From Symbiobacterium thermophilum (GTDB lineage Bacteria > Bacillota > Sulfobacillia > UBA995), in the NCBI GenBank assembly GCA_020725145.1, contig DYFO01000004.1:2042-66041 (forward strand): 64,000 nucleotides of DNA, written 5' to 3'. This document shows positions 28,475 through 37,396 of this stretch, piece after piece. The position numbers and the translations under genes are program-made. Every line of letters begins with the position of its first letter. Positions within the stretch are counted from its first letter, which is position 1. Below the pieces are notes generated by a model. That model was given only the letters and a program-made list of their open reading frames with translations. It made no database searches and was not told the DNA's origin.

Positions 28475-28939
28475 TCAGTGCCCGCCGACTTCCACCACCA
28501 GCTCAACTTCCACGGGGGCTCCCAGCGGCAGTTCGGCCACCCCCACCGCTGCCCGCGCGTGCCGCCCCCGTTCCCCGAACACCTCCACCAGCAGCTCTGA
28601 AGCTCCGTTCACCACCTGCGATTGCTGGGTGAACCCCGGAGCGCTGGCCACAAATCCCGTAAGCTTCACCACTTGCGCCACACGGTCGAGCTCGCCAAGC
28701 GCTGCCCGGACCACTGCCAGGCAGTTCAGGGCACAGATCCGTGCGGCGGCCTGCCCCTGCTCGACGGTAAGCTCGCCTCCCAGTTTGCCCTTCACCTGCA
28801 ACCCCCCGCCGACCAGCGGTAGCTGCCCCGACACATAAAGATGGGATCCGCTCTGCACCGACGGGACATAGGCCGCCACCGGAGTGGGCACCGGCGGCAG
28901 CTCAAGACCCAGTACCTGCAACTTCTGCTCAGGTTTCAC
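28475..28939 (-). CDS. RidA/YjgF family protein
   Basis: VAAYVP, YVSGQLP, VVKLTGFV, NGASELL, HARAAVGVAELPLGAPVEVE. Confidence 0.9.
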   Translation of the reverse strand: MKPEQKLQVLGLELPPVPTPVAAYVPSVQSGSHLYVSGQLPLVGGGLQVKGKLGGELTVEQGQAAARICALNCLAVVRAALGELDRVAQVVKLTGFVASAPGFTQQSQVVNGASELLVEVFGERGRHARAAVGVAELPLGAPVEVELVVEVGGH

Positions 28940-28977
28940 GCTCCCGGCTCCTTTCCGGGCATCGCCCTTTGAGTTAT

Positions 28978-29004
28978 TACTCCCAAAGCTCCCCCGATTT
29001 CCTG
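28978..29004 (-). promoter_or_regulatory. Possible sigma-H promoter for ridA-rluB-pncAB operon
   Basis: GCAGGAAAT...GAGT (AGGA-N17-GAGT, one mismatch in -10). Confidence 0.3.
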
Positions 29005-29166
29005 CGACCGAGCAGGTCGGTCGGGCTAAAATACTCGGAGGCCGGGCACAATGATCGCGGGCCTGTGGCGGCCGAGCGCAGACGGGCCCGGGTGTCTTCA
29101 GGGATGCCCGTTCCCGTCGAACAAAGGTTGCCTTGGGTTGTGGCCGGTAACGGCGACGAGCGAGTA

Positions 29167-29487
29167 CCCGGTCCGATTACGGGTCACCTCGGTGCCGTAG
29201 GGCCGGGATCCACCGCAGCCGGAGTCGAAGACGTTGGCCGGTCCGTAACGGGTCCGCATCGGCCGTGCGCGGTCGGCGCGGGTTCGCGCAGGATCGGTCG
29301 GCGTCGGGCTAAGATCCCTGCGGGTGTGTCAGGGGTCCGTCGCGGCCGAGAGGTCGCGCCGGGCTCCGCAAGCATCCGCCGGGGTCGAGTCAAGGTTGCG
29401 CCGGGTTCCGCAGGGGTCTGGGGCAGCCGCGAGGTTGCCCCGGGCTCCGAGGGGATCCGTCGCAGCCGGGTCGAAGGTCGCCCCAGG
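29167..29487 (+). repeat. Degenerate ~82-nt-period tandem array of stem-loops (alternating ~39/42-nt subunits)
   Basis: Hairpins at 29167-29207, 29250-29285, 29332-29367, 29413-29448; shared core AGGTYGCSCCRGGYTCCG; related linkers. Confidence 0.75.
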
Positions 29488-29488
29488 C

Positions 29489-30373
29489 CTACTTCATGCC
29501 CAGCTCCCGAAGTGCCCGATCCACGTCCTGGCGGTCTTCGAGCACCGGTGCGAACAGGTCCCCCATGCGGCGCAGGCGCTCGGGAACACTGCGCAGCGTG
29601 AACTTCTCGGCGCGCAATCCCGCGAGCTCGTCCCAGTGCAGCGGGGTGGAAACCGGTGCTCCCCTGAGCGGCCGAAGGCTGTAGGAAGCGACCAGGGTTT
29701 TGCCCTGCGCGTTCTGCAGGTGATCGATGTACACGCCACTGCGCCGTGCCACCGGCCGCTCCCGCGTGGTCAGGTCGGGACAGGCACGGTGTATCAGATC
29801 GGCCACGCGGGCCACCAGGCCGGCAGCCGTCGGGTAGTCGTAGCCCGGGCAGAGCGGCAGGTACAGGTGCAGGCCGGTTGCACCCGAGGTCTTGGGGTAG
29901 GCGCGCAGCCCGAGGCCGTCAAGCACCGTCCTTATGAGCCGTGCGACCTCCACCGCCTCCGCCAGTCCGCACGGAGGGGTCGGGTCGAGGTCGAACACCG
30001 CGAAGTCCGGGGTCTCGGGTGAGGCGATGCGCGACAACCAGGGATGCAACTCGATCACACCCCACTGTGCCAGCCAGACCAAAGCGGCAGGACGGTCGGC
30101 GACGCAGTAGTTCACGGTTCGGCTGCCGTGGAGATAGGGAGCTCGCCGGAGCCAGGCGGGTGCTACGGCCGGGACGTTTTTCTGATAGAAGCGGTGACCG
30201 TGGATACCGTCGGGATACCGGGTGAGCGTCAGGCGGCGGTCGTTGAGATGAGGTAGCAGGTAAGGCGCTATCTCGAGGTAGTAGGCCACGAGGTCACCCT
30301 TCGTGTAGCCATCGTCGGGCCAAAAGGGCTTGGAAAGATTGGTCAGCATCACGTCCGTGTCGTCGGTGCTCAC
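29489..30373 (-). CDS. ligD: NHEJ LigD primase-polymerase domain protein (stand-alone PolDom)
   Basis: YTKGDL..YY, RYPDG, FYQKN, VFDLDP, KTSGATGLH, YSLRP..GAPVSTPL.W; GTG overlaps the ligase TGA. Confidence 0.9.
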   Translation of the reverse strand: MSTDDTDVMLTNLSKPFWPDDGYTKGDLVAYYLEIAPYLLPHLNDRRLTLTRYPDGIHGHRFYQKNVPAVAPAWLRRAPYLHGSRTVNYCVADRPAALVWLAQWGVIELHPWLSRIASPETPDFAVFDLDPTPPCGLAEAVEVARLIRTVLDGLGLRAYPKTSGATGLHLYLPLCPGYDYPTAAGLVARVADLIHRACPDLTTRERPVARRSGVYIDHLQNAQGKTLVASYSLRPLRGAPVSTPLHWDELAGLRAEKFTLRSVPERLRRMGDLFAPVLEDRQDVDRALRELGMK

Positions 30374-31224
30374 CGGTCGGTCACCGGCCCGCGGTAGACG
30401 GGATGCCGCAGCACGCCGGCGGAAGTCACCTCCAGGCATTCTACCAGGCAGCGGACCTCTGGTTCGGCCCATCGCACGCCCGCTCTCAGATCTGAAGGAA
30501 GCCGTTCGGGATCGACCAGTGGGCAGGAGGCCCGTGGCCGCAAGCGCCCGAGCAGCTCCCGTCCCCGCCGGGCGGAAAGGCCGCTTGCCACGCGTCCCGC
30601 ATACCGCAACCCGTCCTGTCGAGGCGTGCCCAGCACCAGCGACCTCACCCCAGCCGGGCTACCGAGGTATCCGACCACCACCGCCTCCACCACGCGCAAG
30701 CTCCGGACCTTGAGCCAGTGAGGCGACCTCTGGCCCGGGAGATAGGGGCTGCCCAGACGCTTCGCCACCATCCCTTCCAGTCCCCTGGCCGTCACCGCGC
30801 GGTAGAATGCTCTGCCGTGTTCCAGCACGTGGTCGGAGAAGACTAGGCGCTCGGCTTCGGCCACCAGCCCGCGCAGCGCCTCACGCCTGGCCTCCAGGGG
30901 CCAGGCGGTCAGGTCACGTCCGTCCAGGTTGAGCAGGTCGAAAACCACGTAGCTCACCTTGCCGCAGCGCTCCTGCAAGGCGTGGAAATCGGGCCTGCCC
31001 TCCCGCAGGGCCACGAGTTCGCCGTCCAAGACCGCCTGGTGCCCGCGGACCCATCGCGGTAGACCCGCGAGCTCCGGATAGCGGTCGCTCAAGTCGCGCA
31101 GCCGGCGGCTGTGTAGACGGTGGGCTCCGCCCGCCACCAGCGCCAGACAGCGGTAGCCGTCCCACTTGACCTCGTACAGGTAATCGGGGGAGTCAAAGGG
31201 CTTGGCGGCCGTGCAGGCCAGCAT
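30370..31224 (-). CDS. ligD: NHEJ ATP-dependent DNA ligase domain protein
   Basis: PMLA, YEVKWDGYR (KxDG), LDGEL, VFDLL, EGMVAKR..SPY.PG.RS..WLK, LRHPVY. Confidence 0.9.
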   Translation of the reverse strand: MLACTAAKPFDSPDYLYEVKWDGYRCLALVAGGAHRLHSRRLRDLSDRYPELAGLPRWVRGHQAVLDGELVALREGRPDFHALQERCGKVSYVVFDLLNLDGRDLTAWPLEARREALRGLVAEAERLVFSDHVLEHGRAFYRAVTARGLEGMVAKRLGSPYLPGQRSPHWLKVRSLRVVEAVVVGYLGSPAGVRSLVLGTPRQDGLRYAGRVASGLSARRGRELLGRLRPRASCPLVDPERLPSDLRAGVRWAEPEVRCLVECLEVTSAGVLRHPVYRGPVTDR

Positions 31225-31253
31225 GGGCCTGAGCCCCAGGCTGACAAGGTCGT

Positions 31254-32060
31254 CTAGGCGTCGGTCGTTGCCGTGCGCCGTCCGTTCCCCTCCGTTCGCG
31301 TCATCTCCACGCTGGCCCGCAGGGCCTCCAGGAGATCGGCCACCTTCGCCGTCTCCGGTTTGCGGTACTCGTGGACGTCGCGTCCCTCAACCTTGGCCCT
31401 TACCAGGTCCTCAAGCGCCTCGCGGCGCCGATCGGCGTAGCGCCCGGGCTCGAAGGGCGAGGTGAGGTTGTCCACCAGGGCAAGTGCCGTCCCCAGTTCC
31501 GCATCCGAGAATCCCGGCACGGCGGCCAGGCCTTCCAGAGCGGCCGTTGAGCGTACCTCGTCGGGCCAGAACATCGTGGAAAGGGCCAGCGCCGGCCCGT
31601 AACCTCGAACCGCACCCAGTGCCTCGCGCTCACGGATGGCCACGCGGGCCACGGCGATGCGCCGACGGTCCTCCATGACCCTTCGGAGGAGGTGATATGC
31701 CTTGAGTCCACCCTCCGCGGGCTCCAGGTAGTAGGTGCGGTCGAAGTAGACGGGGTCGATCTCTTCCAGTCGCACGAAGTCCAGGATCTCGACGGTGCGC
31801 CGCGAGAACGCGGGCAGCGCTTCGAGTTCCTCCGGATCGAAGCGGACGAAGCGGTTTCGCTCGTACTCGAACCCTTGCGCCAGCTCCTCATCCGCCACCT
31901 CGGACCGGCAGTTGGGGCACCACTTGCGGTACTGCACGGGCGTGCCGCATGGCGCGTGGAGCCGGCGGAATCGCAGGGCGCGACGGGCGGTGGCGGCGTA
32001 AAGGCGCACGGGGATGTGCACCAGGCCGAAGCTGATGGCCCCTTTCCACAGGGCCCGCAA
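31254..32060 (-). CDS. ku: NHEJ DNA end-binding protein Ku
   Basis: MRALWKGAISFGLVHIPV, EIDPVYFDRTYYLEP, DLLEALRAS. Confidence 0.95.
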   Translation of the reverse strand: MRALWKGAISFGLVHIPVRLYAATARRALRFRRLHAPCGTPVQYRKWCPNCRSEVADEELAQGFEYERNRFVRFDPEELEALPAFSRRTVEILDFVRLEEIDPVYFDRTYYLEPAEGGLKAYHLLRRVMEDRRRIAVARVAIREREALGAVRGYGPALALSTMFWPDEVRSTAALEGLAAVPGFSDAELGTALALVDNLTSPFEPGRYADRRREALEDLVRAKVEGRDVHEYRKPETAKVADLLEALRASVEMTRTEGNGRRTATTDA

Positions 32061-32065
32061 GGTAT

Positions 32066-32539
32066 CTAGCCTCCCTGCGGAGTCGGCGTGCGCCGCACGC
32101 CAGGCCGCCGCGGCGGCGGCGCCGCCGGGTAGGGCTCACCGTTGCCCCGCACCAGGCTGGCGATCTGGTCCAGCACCTGAGGCGCCAGGTCGATGAGGCG
32201 ATCGACGATCGCCCTGCCGTCCACCGGCAAAAGTCTCACCGTCCCCTGACCCACCACCAGAAAACCGATCGGCTGGATGGTCACTCCCGCACCGCTGCCA
32301 CCGCCAAAGGGCAGTCCTTGCTGACCGTCCGGAGCTGACCCCTGCCCCCTGTCGGGTGCCGGCGCGGGTCCGTACTCCGCCCCACCGGCGGCAAAACCGA
32401 AGCTTACCCTGGAGACGGGGACGATCACGCTGCCGTCCGGTGTTTCCACGGCATCACCGACGATGGTGTTGACGTCCACCATCTCCTTGATCGCTTCCAT
32501 CGCCGTCTTCATCAGTCCCTGGATGGGGTGTTCGGTCAT
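32066..32539 (-). CDS. ytfJ: Sporulation protein YtfJ (GerW family)
   Basis: HPIQGLMKTAME.IKEMVDVNTIVGDAVET, FGGGSGAGV...PIGFLVV. Confidence 0.93.
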   Translation of the reverse strand: MTEHPIQGLMKTAMEAIKEMVDVNTIVGDAVETPDGSVIVPVSRVSFGFAAGGAEYGPAPAPDRGQGSAPDGQQGLPFGGGSGAGVTIQPIGFLVVGQGTVRLLPVDGRAIVDRLIDLAPQVLDQIASLVRGNGEPYPAAPPPRRPGVRRTPTPQGG

Positions 32540-32561
32540 CGCCCAGTTCCTCCCGCCTGTC

Positions 32562-33134
32562 TTACCGGCTAATATCCCCAGCGGTCGGAGCCGCTATGCG
32601 ACGTCGGAGGGCGGCCGCGGCCGCCCGGGCGCCCATGCGCACGCCCATGCCTATCAAGGTGCCCACGCGCACCACCAGCCTCAGCCGAAGGTCAACCGCC
32701 GCGGAAGCACCCTCGAAGTCGGGCTCCAGGTGCAATCGCGGCCGTCGCCGGATGTGCCTGCGCAACCAGGGAAGCGCCGTTCCTGCTGCCGCCCAAAGCC
32801 AGCCCAGCAAGAGAGCCGTACCGGCGGCATCGCCGGTTCCCAGGCGTGCTTCAAGCTCGAGATCGTCCACCCGCAGACCTCGGAGTGCCCGGGCCATCGT
32901 CCGGACGCGATCGCCAAGGCGCCGGATCTCGTCCGGCAGATCGAGGATGCGCACGAGCACGGTCTCGGGATCCGCGGCCGGTACGAAAGAACGGCTCAGG
33001 CCCACTCCCAAGCAGCGCAGGCTCCAGGTGAGGCGGCCGCCCGCCAGCCGGACGCGCACCTCGATCGGGAGCCAAAACCCAAGCAGCAGCAGGATCCACA
33101 GCGCCGCGAGCGCGGTCACCATCCAGACCCGCAC
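32562..33134 (-). CDS. ytfI: YtfI/DUF2953 family protein
   Basis: N-terminal TM, GTGDAAGTALL.G, PDF motif; upstream of ytfJ; GTG after GGAGGT. Confidence 0.75.
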   Translation of the reverse strand: MRVWMVTALAALWILLLLGFWLPIEVRVRLAGGRLTWSLRCLGVGLSRSFVPAADPETVLVRILDLPDEIRRLGDRVRTMARALRGLRVDDLELEARLGTGDAAGTALLLGWLWAAAGTALPWLRRHIRRRPRLHLEPDFEGASAAVDLRLRLVVRVGTLIGMGVRMGARAAAAALRRRIAAPTAGDISR

Positions 33135-33162
33135 AGGTCTGCCCACCTCCGGGCGGCACGAT

Positions 33163-33744
33163 CTAGCTTTCCCGCTCGGGGCGAGGCGGATGCGCGGACT
33201 CCGAAGAGGGGACCCCTCCCTCCAGCTCCAGCGGCGGCAGGTCTTCAAGCGAACGCAGCCCGAAGTGCTCGAGGAAGCGGTGGGTGGTGCCGTACAGGAT
33301 GGGTCGGCCTAGCGTCTGGGCTCTACCCACCTCACAGATGAGGTCGCGCTCGAGCAGTACGCCCAGTACCCACTCGGAGTTCACGCCGCGGATCTGCTCG
33401 ATCTGGGCCCGCGTCACCGGCTGGCGGTAGGCCACGACCGCCAGCGTCTCCAATGCGGCATGGGACAACCCTGCGGTCTGGTCGCGCCGGATCACGCTCT
33501 GGATGAGCGGGGCCAGCTCGGGCCGCGTGGTCAGCCGAAAGCCCCCGGCCACCTCCTGGACTTCATACCCCCTGCCCTCGCGCCGGTACTCGTCGGCCAG
33601 CCGGCGCAGCAGCTCTTCGGCTGCGGGCGGCTCCAGTCCCAGGGCCTCGGCCACCGTCGCCGCGGTAAGCGGCGCCGATGCCGCCAGGAGGAGGGCCTCG
33701 GCAGCCGCGCGCAGACTGAAGCCTTCGGGCAGGTTGGCCATCAC
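33163..33744 (-). CDS. scpB: SMC-Scp complex subunit ScpB
   Basis: EVAGGFRLTT, LS.AALETLA.VAYRQPVTR..IE.IRGV, GRPILYGTT..FL..FGL..LEDLP. Confidence 0.95.
   Translation of the reverse strand: MMANLPEGFSLRAAAEALLLAASAPLTAATVAEALGLEPPAAEELLRRLADEYRREGRGYEVQEVAGGFRLTTRPELAPLIQSVIRRDQTAGLSHAALETLAVVAYRQPVTRAQIEQIRGVNSEWVLGVLLERDLICEVGRAQTLGRPILYGTTHRFLEHFGLRSLEDLPPLELEGGVPSSESAHPPRPERES
33164..33193 (-). promoter_or_regulatory. sigma-F/G promoter of ytfI-ytfJ-ku-ligD
   Basis: GCATC-N15-GGGAAAGCTA. Confidence 0.6.
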
Positions 33745-33748
33745 CGGG

Positions 33749-34489
33749 TCACCTCCCCATCGCCGGTCGGGCCCGGCAGATGACTATCCGCCCGTAGGTT
33801 CGATCCTGACGGGCGGTGACCCACCGCTGCCGCACCAGCTCGAGCAAGGCCAGGAAAGTCACGATGACCTCGCGGCGGGAAAACCGAGGGCCGAAGAGGT
33901 CGCCAAAGGCCACGCTGCCACCCGCCTGCCGCAGGAGCCTGAGGATCGTCCGCATCTTGTCGCGCACGGTGTACTGCTCCCGCGCTATCTCGGCGGGCTC
34001 GTCGGCGACGGGCTCACCCACCAGCTCCAAGAGAGCGGCAACGAGGTCCGCGACCGTCACGCCTTCAGGCGGTGGCGGCGGCAGGGCCGAGGCCCCGGCC
34101 GCCACCGGATGCACGAAACGTCGGGAGGCTTCACGTTCGCGCTCCTGCAGGACGTTGGCCTTCTGACGAAAAGAGCGGTACTCCAGGAGACGTCGCACGA
34201 GTTCGGCCCGCGGGTCGGGCTCGGGTTCGGCATCCGCGACATGTTCCACCGCATGCCGAGGCAGCAACATTCGGGCCTTGATCTCCATTAGCGTGGCCGC
34301 CATCAGCAGGAATTCGGCGGCACGGTCAAGGTCGAGCGCCTCCAGCCCCGCCAGGTATTCTAGGTACTGAGTGGTTATGCGGGCAATGGGGATGTCGTGG
34401 ATGTCCACCTTCTCAGCCCTTATAAGGTGGAGCAGCAGATCCAGAGGGCCCTCGAAAACCTCCAGGCGCACACGGTAGGCGTCGGCCAA
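33749..34489 (-). CDS. scpA: Segregation and condensation protein A
   Basis: FEGPLDLLLHLI, AAEFLLMAATLMEIKARMLLP, IVTFLALLEL. Confidence 0.95.
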   Translation of the reverse strand: MADAYRVRLEVFEGPLDLLLHLIRAEKVDIHDIPIARITTQYLEYLAGLEALDLDRAAEFLLMAATLMEIKARMLLPRHAVEHVADAEPEPDPRAELVRRLLEYRSFRQKANVLQEREREASRRFVHPVAAGASALPPPPPEGVTVADLVAALLELVGEPVADEPAEIAREQYTVRDKMRTILRLLRQAGGSVAFGDLFGPRFSRREVIVTFLALLELVRQRWVTARQDRTYGRIVICRARPAMGR

Positions 34490-34505
34490 GTCCCCCCCCT
34501 CCCCG

Positions 34506-35153
34506 TCAGAAGGGTGGAAACACGCGACCCAGTATCTCGGCCAGTGCCCACAGCAAGCCCATCACCACCCGCGACAGGCCTACTACCAGCCCGGTGGCCA
34601 CTCCGCTCACCAACACGACGAGCAAGAGCAGCGGACCTACCTGCTCGAGTCGCTCCAAACGGTATGCCTGATGCGCGGGGAGCAGCCCCGCCAGCACGCG
34701 GTAGCCGTCCAGCGGGGGAAGCGGCATCAGGTTGAAAACGGCCAGCAAGACGTTCAGTTGAAAGGTAACCCCGATCAGGCGGCCGAGGTACGGTATCGCC
34801 CCCAGCAGATTCCATCGGAAGTCGAGGACCATCAGCACGGCGAGGATGAAGGCCAGTGCCAGATTGGCCAGGGGGCCGGCGAAAGCCACCTTCAGCAGCC
34901 CCTTGCGCGGGTCACCGGAGTAGTAGTAGGGATTGGTCGGCACGGGCTTGGCCCAGCCGAAGCCGTAGAACACGATGAGCAGGGTCCCGATGGGATCCAG
35001 ATGGGCCCACGGCTCCAGGGTGAGACGGCCCAGGCGGCGAGGTGTGGGGTCACCCAGGCGGTCTGCGACCCATGCGTGGGCGAATTCGTGGAAGGTGAGC
35101 GCCACCGCCAGGGCGGGAAGCCGGAGGGTCATGGTGAGGAGATCAAAGGCCAT
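34506..35153 (-). CDS. Site-2 protease (M50) family protein
   Basis: HEFAH, FGWAKPVP, AGPLAN, FNLMPLPPLDG. Confidence 0.9.
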   Translation of the reverse strand: MAFDLLTMTLRLPALAVALTFHEFAHAWVADRLGDPTPRRLGRLTLEPWAHLDPIGTLLIVFYGFGWAKPVPTNPYYYSGDPRKGLLKVAFAGPLANLALAFILAVLMVLDFRWNLLGAIPYLGRLIGVTFQLNVLLAVFNLMPLPPLDGYRVLAGLLPAHQAYRLERLEQVGPLLLLVVLVSGVATGLVVGLSRVVMGLLWALAEILGRVFPPF

Positions 35154-35200
35154 CAGGGTCCTCCCCGTGCCATCATCGAAGTGGCGGGCTTGCCTTCACG

Positions 35201-35209
35201 ATTATAACA
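35201..35209 (-). promoter_or_regulatory. Extended -10 sigma-A promoter for S2P-scpAB
   Basis: TGTTATAAT (TGnTATAAT). Confidence 0.5.
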
Positions 35210-35245
35210 CAGGCCCCGAGAGGAGAGGAAAACGGTCCGGGACCT

Positions 35246-36775
35246 TCAACTGCGGCCGCGCCGGCGTCGTAGCGGCCAGCGCGGCACGCGCGAACTCGCG
35301 GTCACCGGCCCCCGCGCGGCAAGCCGGTCGGGATCGGTCGGCGACAGAAACCACGGCCGTAATCTTCCCTTGGGCACCGGCGTGCGCACGAGGATGCTCA
35401 GCAACGCGCGCCCGTGGATCGGCCACAGCGGCCACAGGTAGGGAATGCCGAACGAACGTGTCCCGGCCAGCAAAAGACCCACCGCTGCCAGACCCAGGGC
35501 CAGCCCGGGCAGCCGGAGCAGTGCGACCAGGACGAGCAGCAGGATGCGGGAAAGGCGGACCGCCAGTGCGAACTCGACGCTGGGCGTGGCGAAGGTGCCG
35601 ATGGCGGCCACCGCAACGTACAGCACCGCTTCGGGAGTGAACAGCCCGACGGTGATGGCGATCTCGCCCAGGAGAATGGCTCCGATGAAACCCAGGGCGG
35701 TGGCCAGTGCGGTTGGGGTGTGGATGAGCGCCAGGCGAACCAGATCCACCCCTACCTCGCCCATAATGAACTGAAGCGACAGCGGTACGCGTCCGGGGTC
35801 CCGCGGCCCCAGCCAGTCAAGGGCTCCGCCGAAAAGCCCCTTGCTTTGCACCAGGGCCAACCACAGCGGAGGACCGATCCAGGAAAGGCCTATGGCCAGG
35901 AAGCGAACCCATCGCAGGTAGGCTCCCACCACCGGATCTCCCCGGTAGTCCTCCGCGTGTTGCACGTGGTGGAACAGGGTGACCGGCAGCAGCATGAGGC
36001 TTGGTGAGGTGTCTACCGCCAGGGCCAGATGACCCTCCAGCAGGTGCACGGCGGCCACGTCGGGACGTTCGGTGTAGCGCACCACCGGGAACGGGTTCCA
36101 CCACGACCGCGGGCCCACCAGGAACTCCTCAAGCGACTTCTCGGCCATGGGCAGACCGTCCACTTCGACGGCCCTGATTCGCTCCACCATCATCCGCACC
36201 AGCGCCGGATTGGCGATGTCCTCGATGTAAAGCAGGACGACGTCGGAGCGTGAGCGCCTTCCCACGCTGAAAAGCTTCACCCGCAACCGTGGATCACGGA
36301 GCCGGCGCCGCACCAGCGCGGTGTTGAAGACGACGGTTTCCACGAAGCCGTCGCGCGAGCCGCGAACCACGCGTTCCAGCTCCGGTTCTTCGGTTCCCCG
36401 GCCAGGATACTGCCGCGCGTCGACCACCAGCGCCTCGGCAGCGCCGTCCAGGAGCACGAGCAGCGGCCCCGCCAGGACCTGGCCCACGGCATCGTCGACG
36501 GTGCCGACCCTTGACACCTCGATGAAAGGCATCCACCTGCGTTCCAGGGCATCCAGGGGTGAGGGAGTCAGGTCGGGCCGCTCCAGCCTGACCAGAGTGC
36601 GCAGGATGTCGGTGATCACGTCTTCCTTGACCAAACCGTCGACGAAGATGAGGGCCGCCTGCCGGCCCGCCACCTCCAGACGACGGATGACCACATCGAA
36701 ACTCTCGTCGGCTCCCAGGGCCTCTCCCAGGGCCTGGAGGCTTTCCGCCAGCCGGGCCGAGAGGGCCTGTGCCAT
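35246..36775 (-). CDS. spoVAF: SpoVAF / GerA-family spore germination protein
   Basis: EPELERVVRGSRDGFVET..FNTALVRRR.RDP, VRYTERPDVAA.HLLEG, HAEDY; last gene of the spoVA operon. Confidence 0.9.
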   Translation of the reverse strand: MAQALSARLAESLQALGEALGADESFDVVIRRLEVAGRQAALIFVDGLVKEDVITDILRTLVRLERPDLTPSPLDALERRWMPFIEVSRVGTVDDAVGQVLAGPLLVLLDGAAEALVVDARQYPGRGTEEPELERVVRGSRDGFVETVVFNTALVRRRLRDPRLRVKLFSVGRRSRSDVVLLYIEDIANPALVRMMVERIRAVEVDGLPMAEKSLEEFLVGPRSWWNPFPVVRYTERPDVAAVHLLEGHLALAVDTSPSLMLLPVTLFHHVQHAEDYRGDPVVGAYLRWVRFLAIGLSWIGPPLWLALVQSKGLFGGALDWLGPRDPGRVPLSLQFIMGEVGVDLVRLALIHTPTALATALGFIGAILLGEIAITVGLFTPEAVLYVAVAAIGTFATPSVEFALAVRLSRILLLVLVALLRLPGLALGLAAVGLLLAGTRSFGIPYLWPLWPIHGRALLSILVRTPVPKGRLRPWFLSPTDPDRLAARGPVTASSRVPRWPLRRRRGRS

Positions 36776-36801
36776 CTTCCGGTCTCCTTTCGTAAAGCGG
36801 G

Positions 36802-37392
36802 CTACCGGCAGTCCCGGCCGCCGGCGAACTCGTAACCGTGGCGCCTCAGGATTTCGGTGATCGCCCGCGCGGTGACGGGACAGCCGCGGTCGGGATCGTC
36901 CCGGCCCTCCATCTTCCCGACGTCGCCGATCCCGACCACCAGGCCGTCCCAGTGCCGCAGGGCGTCCACGGTGTCGCCCTTGAGGGTGCCGCCCGGCAGG
37001 GGTCCCCCTTCCTTGTCCACCGGACCGCGGATCAAGCTGCCCTTGCCGGTGACCGAAGCATCTACCCGCACGCCACGGACATGGGGGGTGTCCGACGCCA
37101 CCGCCACCACTCCGAGCACCTCGGCCTCGGGGTGTTCGAGGAGCTCCTGGAGCACTCGCTCGCCGCGGTGGCGATCCGAGCGCCCGTCATCGTCCACCAG
37201 CACCAGCACAGGGTCCCGGGGGGCGGTGCGGGCGAGGTCCACGATGTCGTGGGCGGCCAGAGGGGTAGGCCGACCCCCCGATCGCGAAATGCAGTCAAGT
37301 CCCAGTTCGCCGGCTATGCGCTCGGCCGCCTGAACGGCGGCAACGTCACCGTCGGTGATCACGATGAGCCTCACTTTGCGCCTGCGTCCCAT
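36802..37392 (-). CDS. spoVAE: Stage V sporulation protein AE (SpoVAEa-type)
   Basis: ITDGD, CISRSGG.PTPL, DPVLVLVDD, VAVASDT, GDTVD, GIGDVGKM. Confidence 0.85.
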   Translation of the reverse strand: MGRRRKVRLIVITDGDVAAVQAAERIAGELGLDCISRSGGRPTPLAAHDIVDLARTAPRDPVLVLVDDDGRSDRHRGERVLQELLEHPEAEVLGVVAVASDTPHVRGVRVDASVTGKGSLIRGPVDKEGGPLPGGTLKGDTVDALRHWDGLVVGIGDVGKMEGRDDPDRGCPVTARAITEILRRHGYEFAGGRDCR

Positions 37393-37396
37393 ACGG

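Noticed and set aside
29167..29487. CRISPR array (36-nt units with ~45-nt gaps)
   Set aside because: The units are too divergent, the gaps are similar to each other rather than unique, and there are no cas genes in the window
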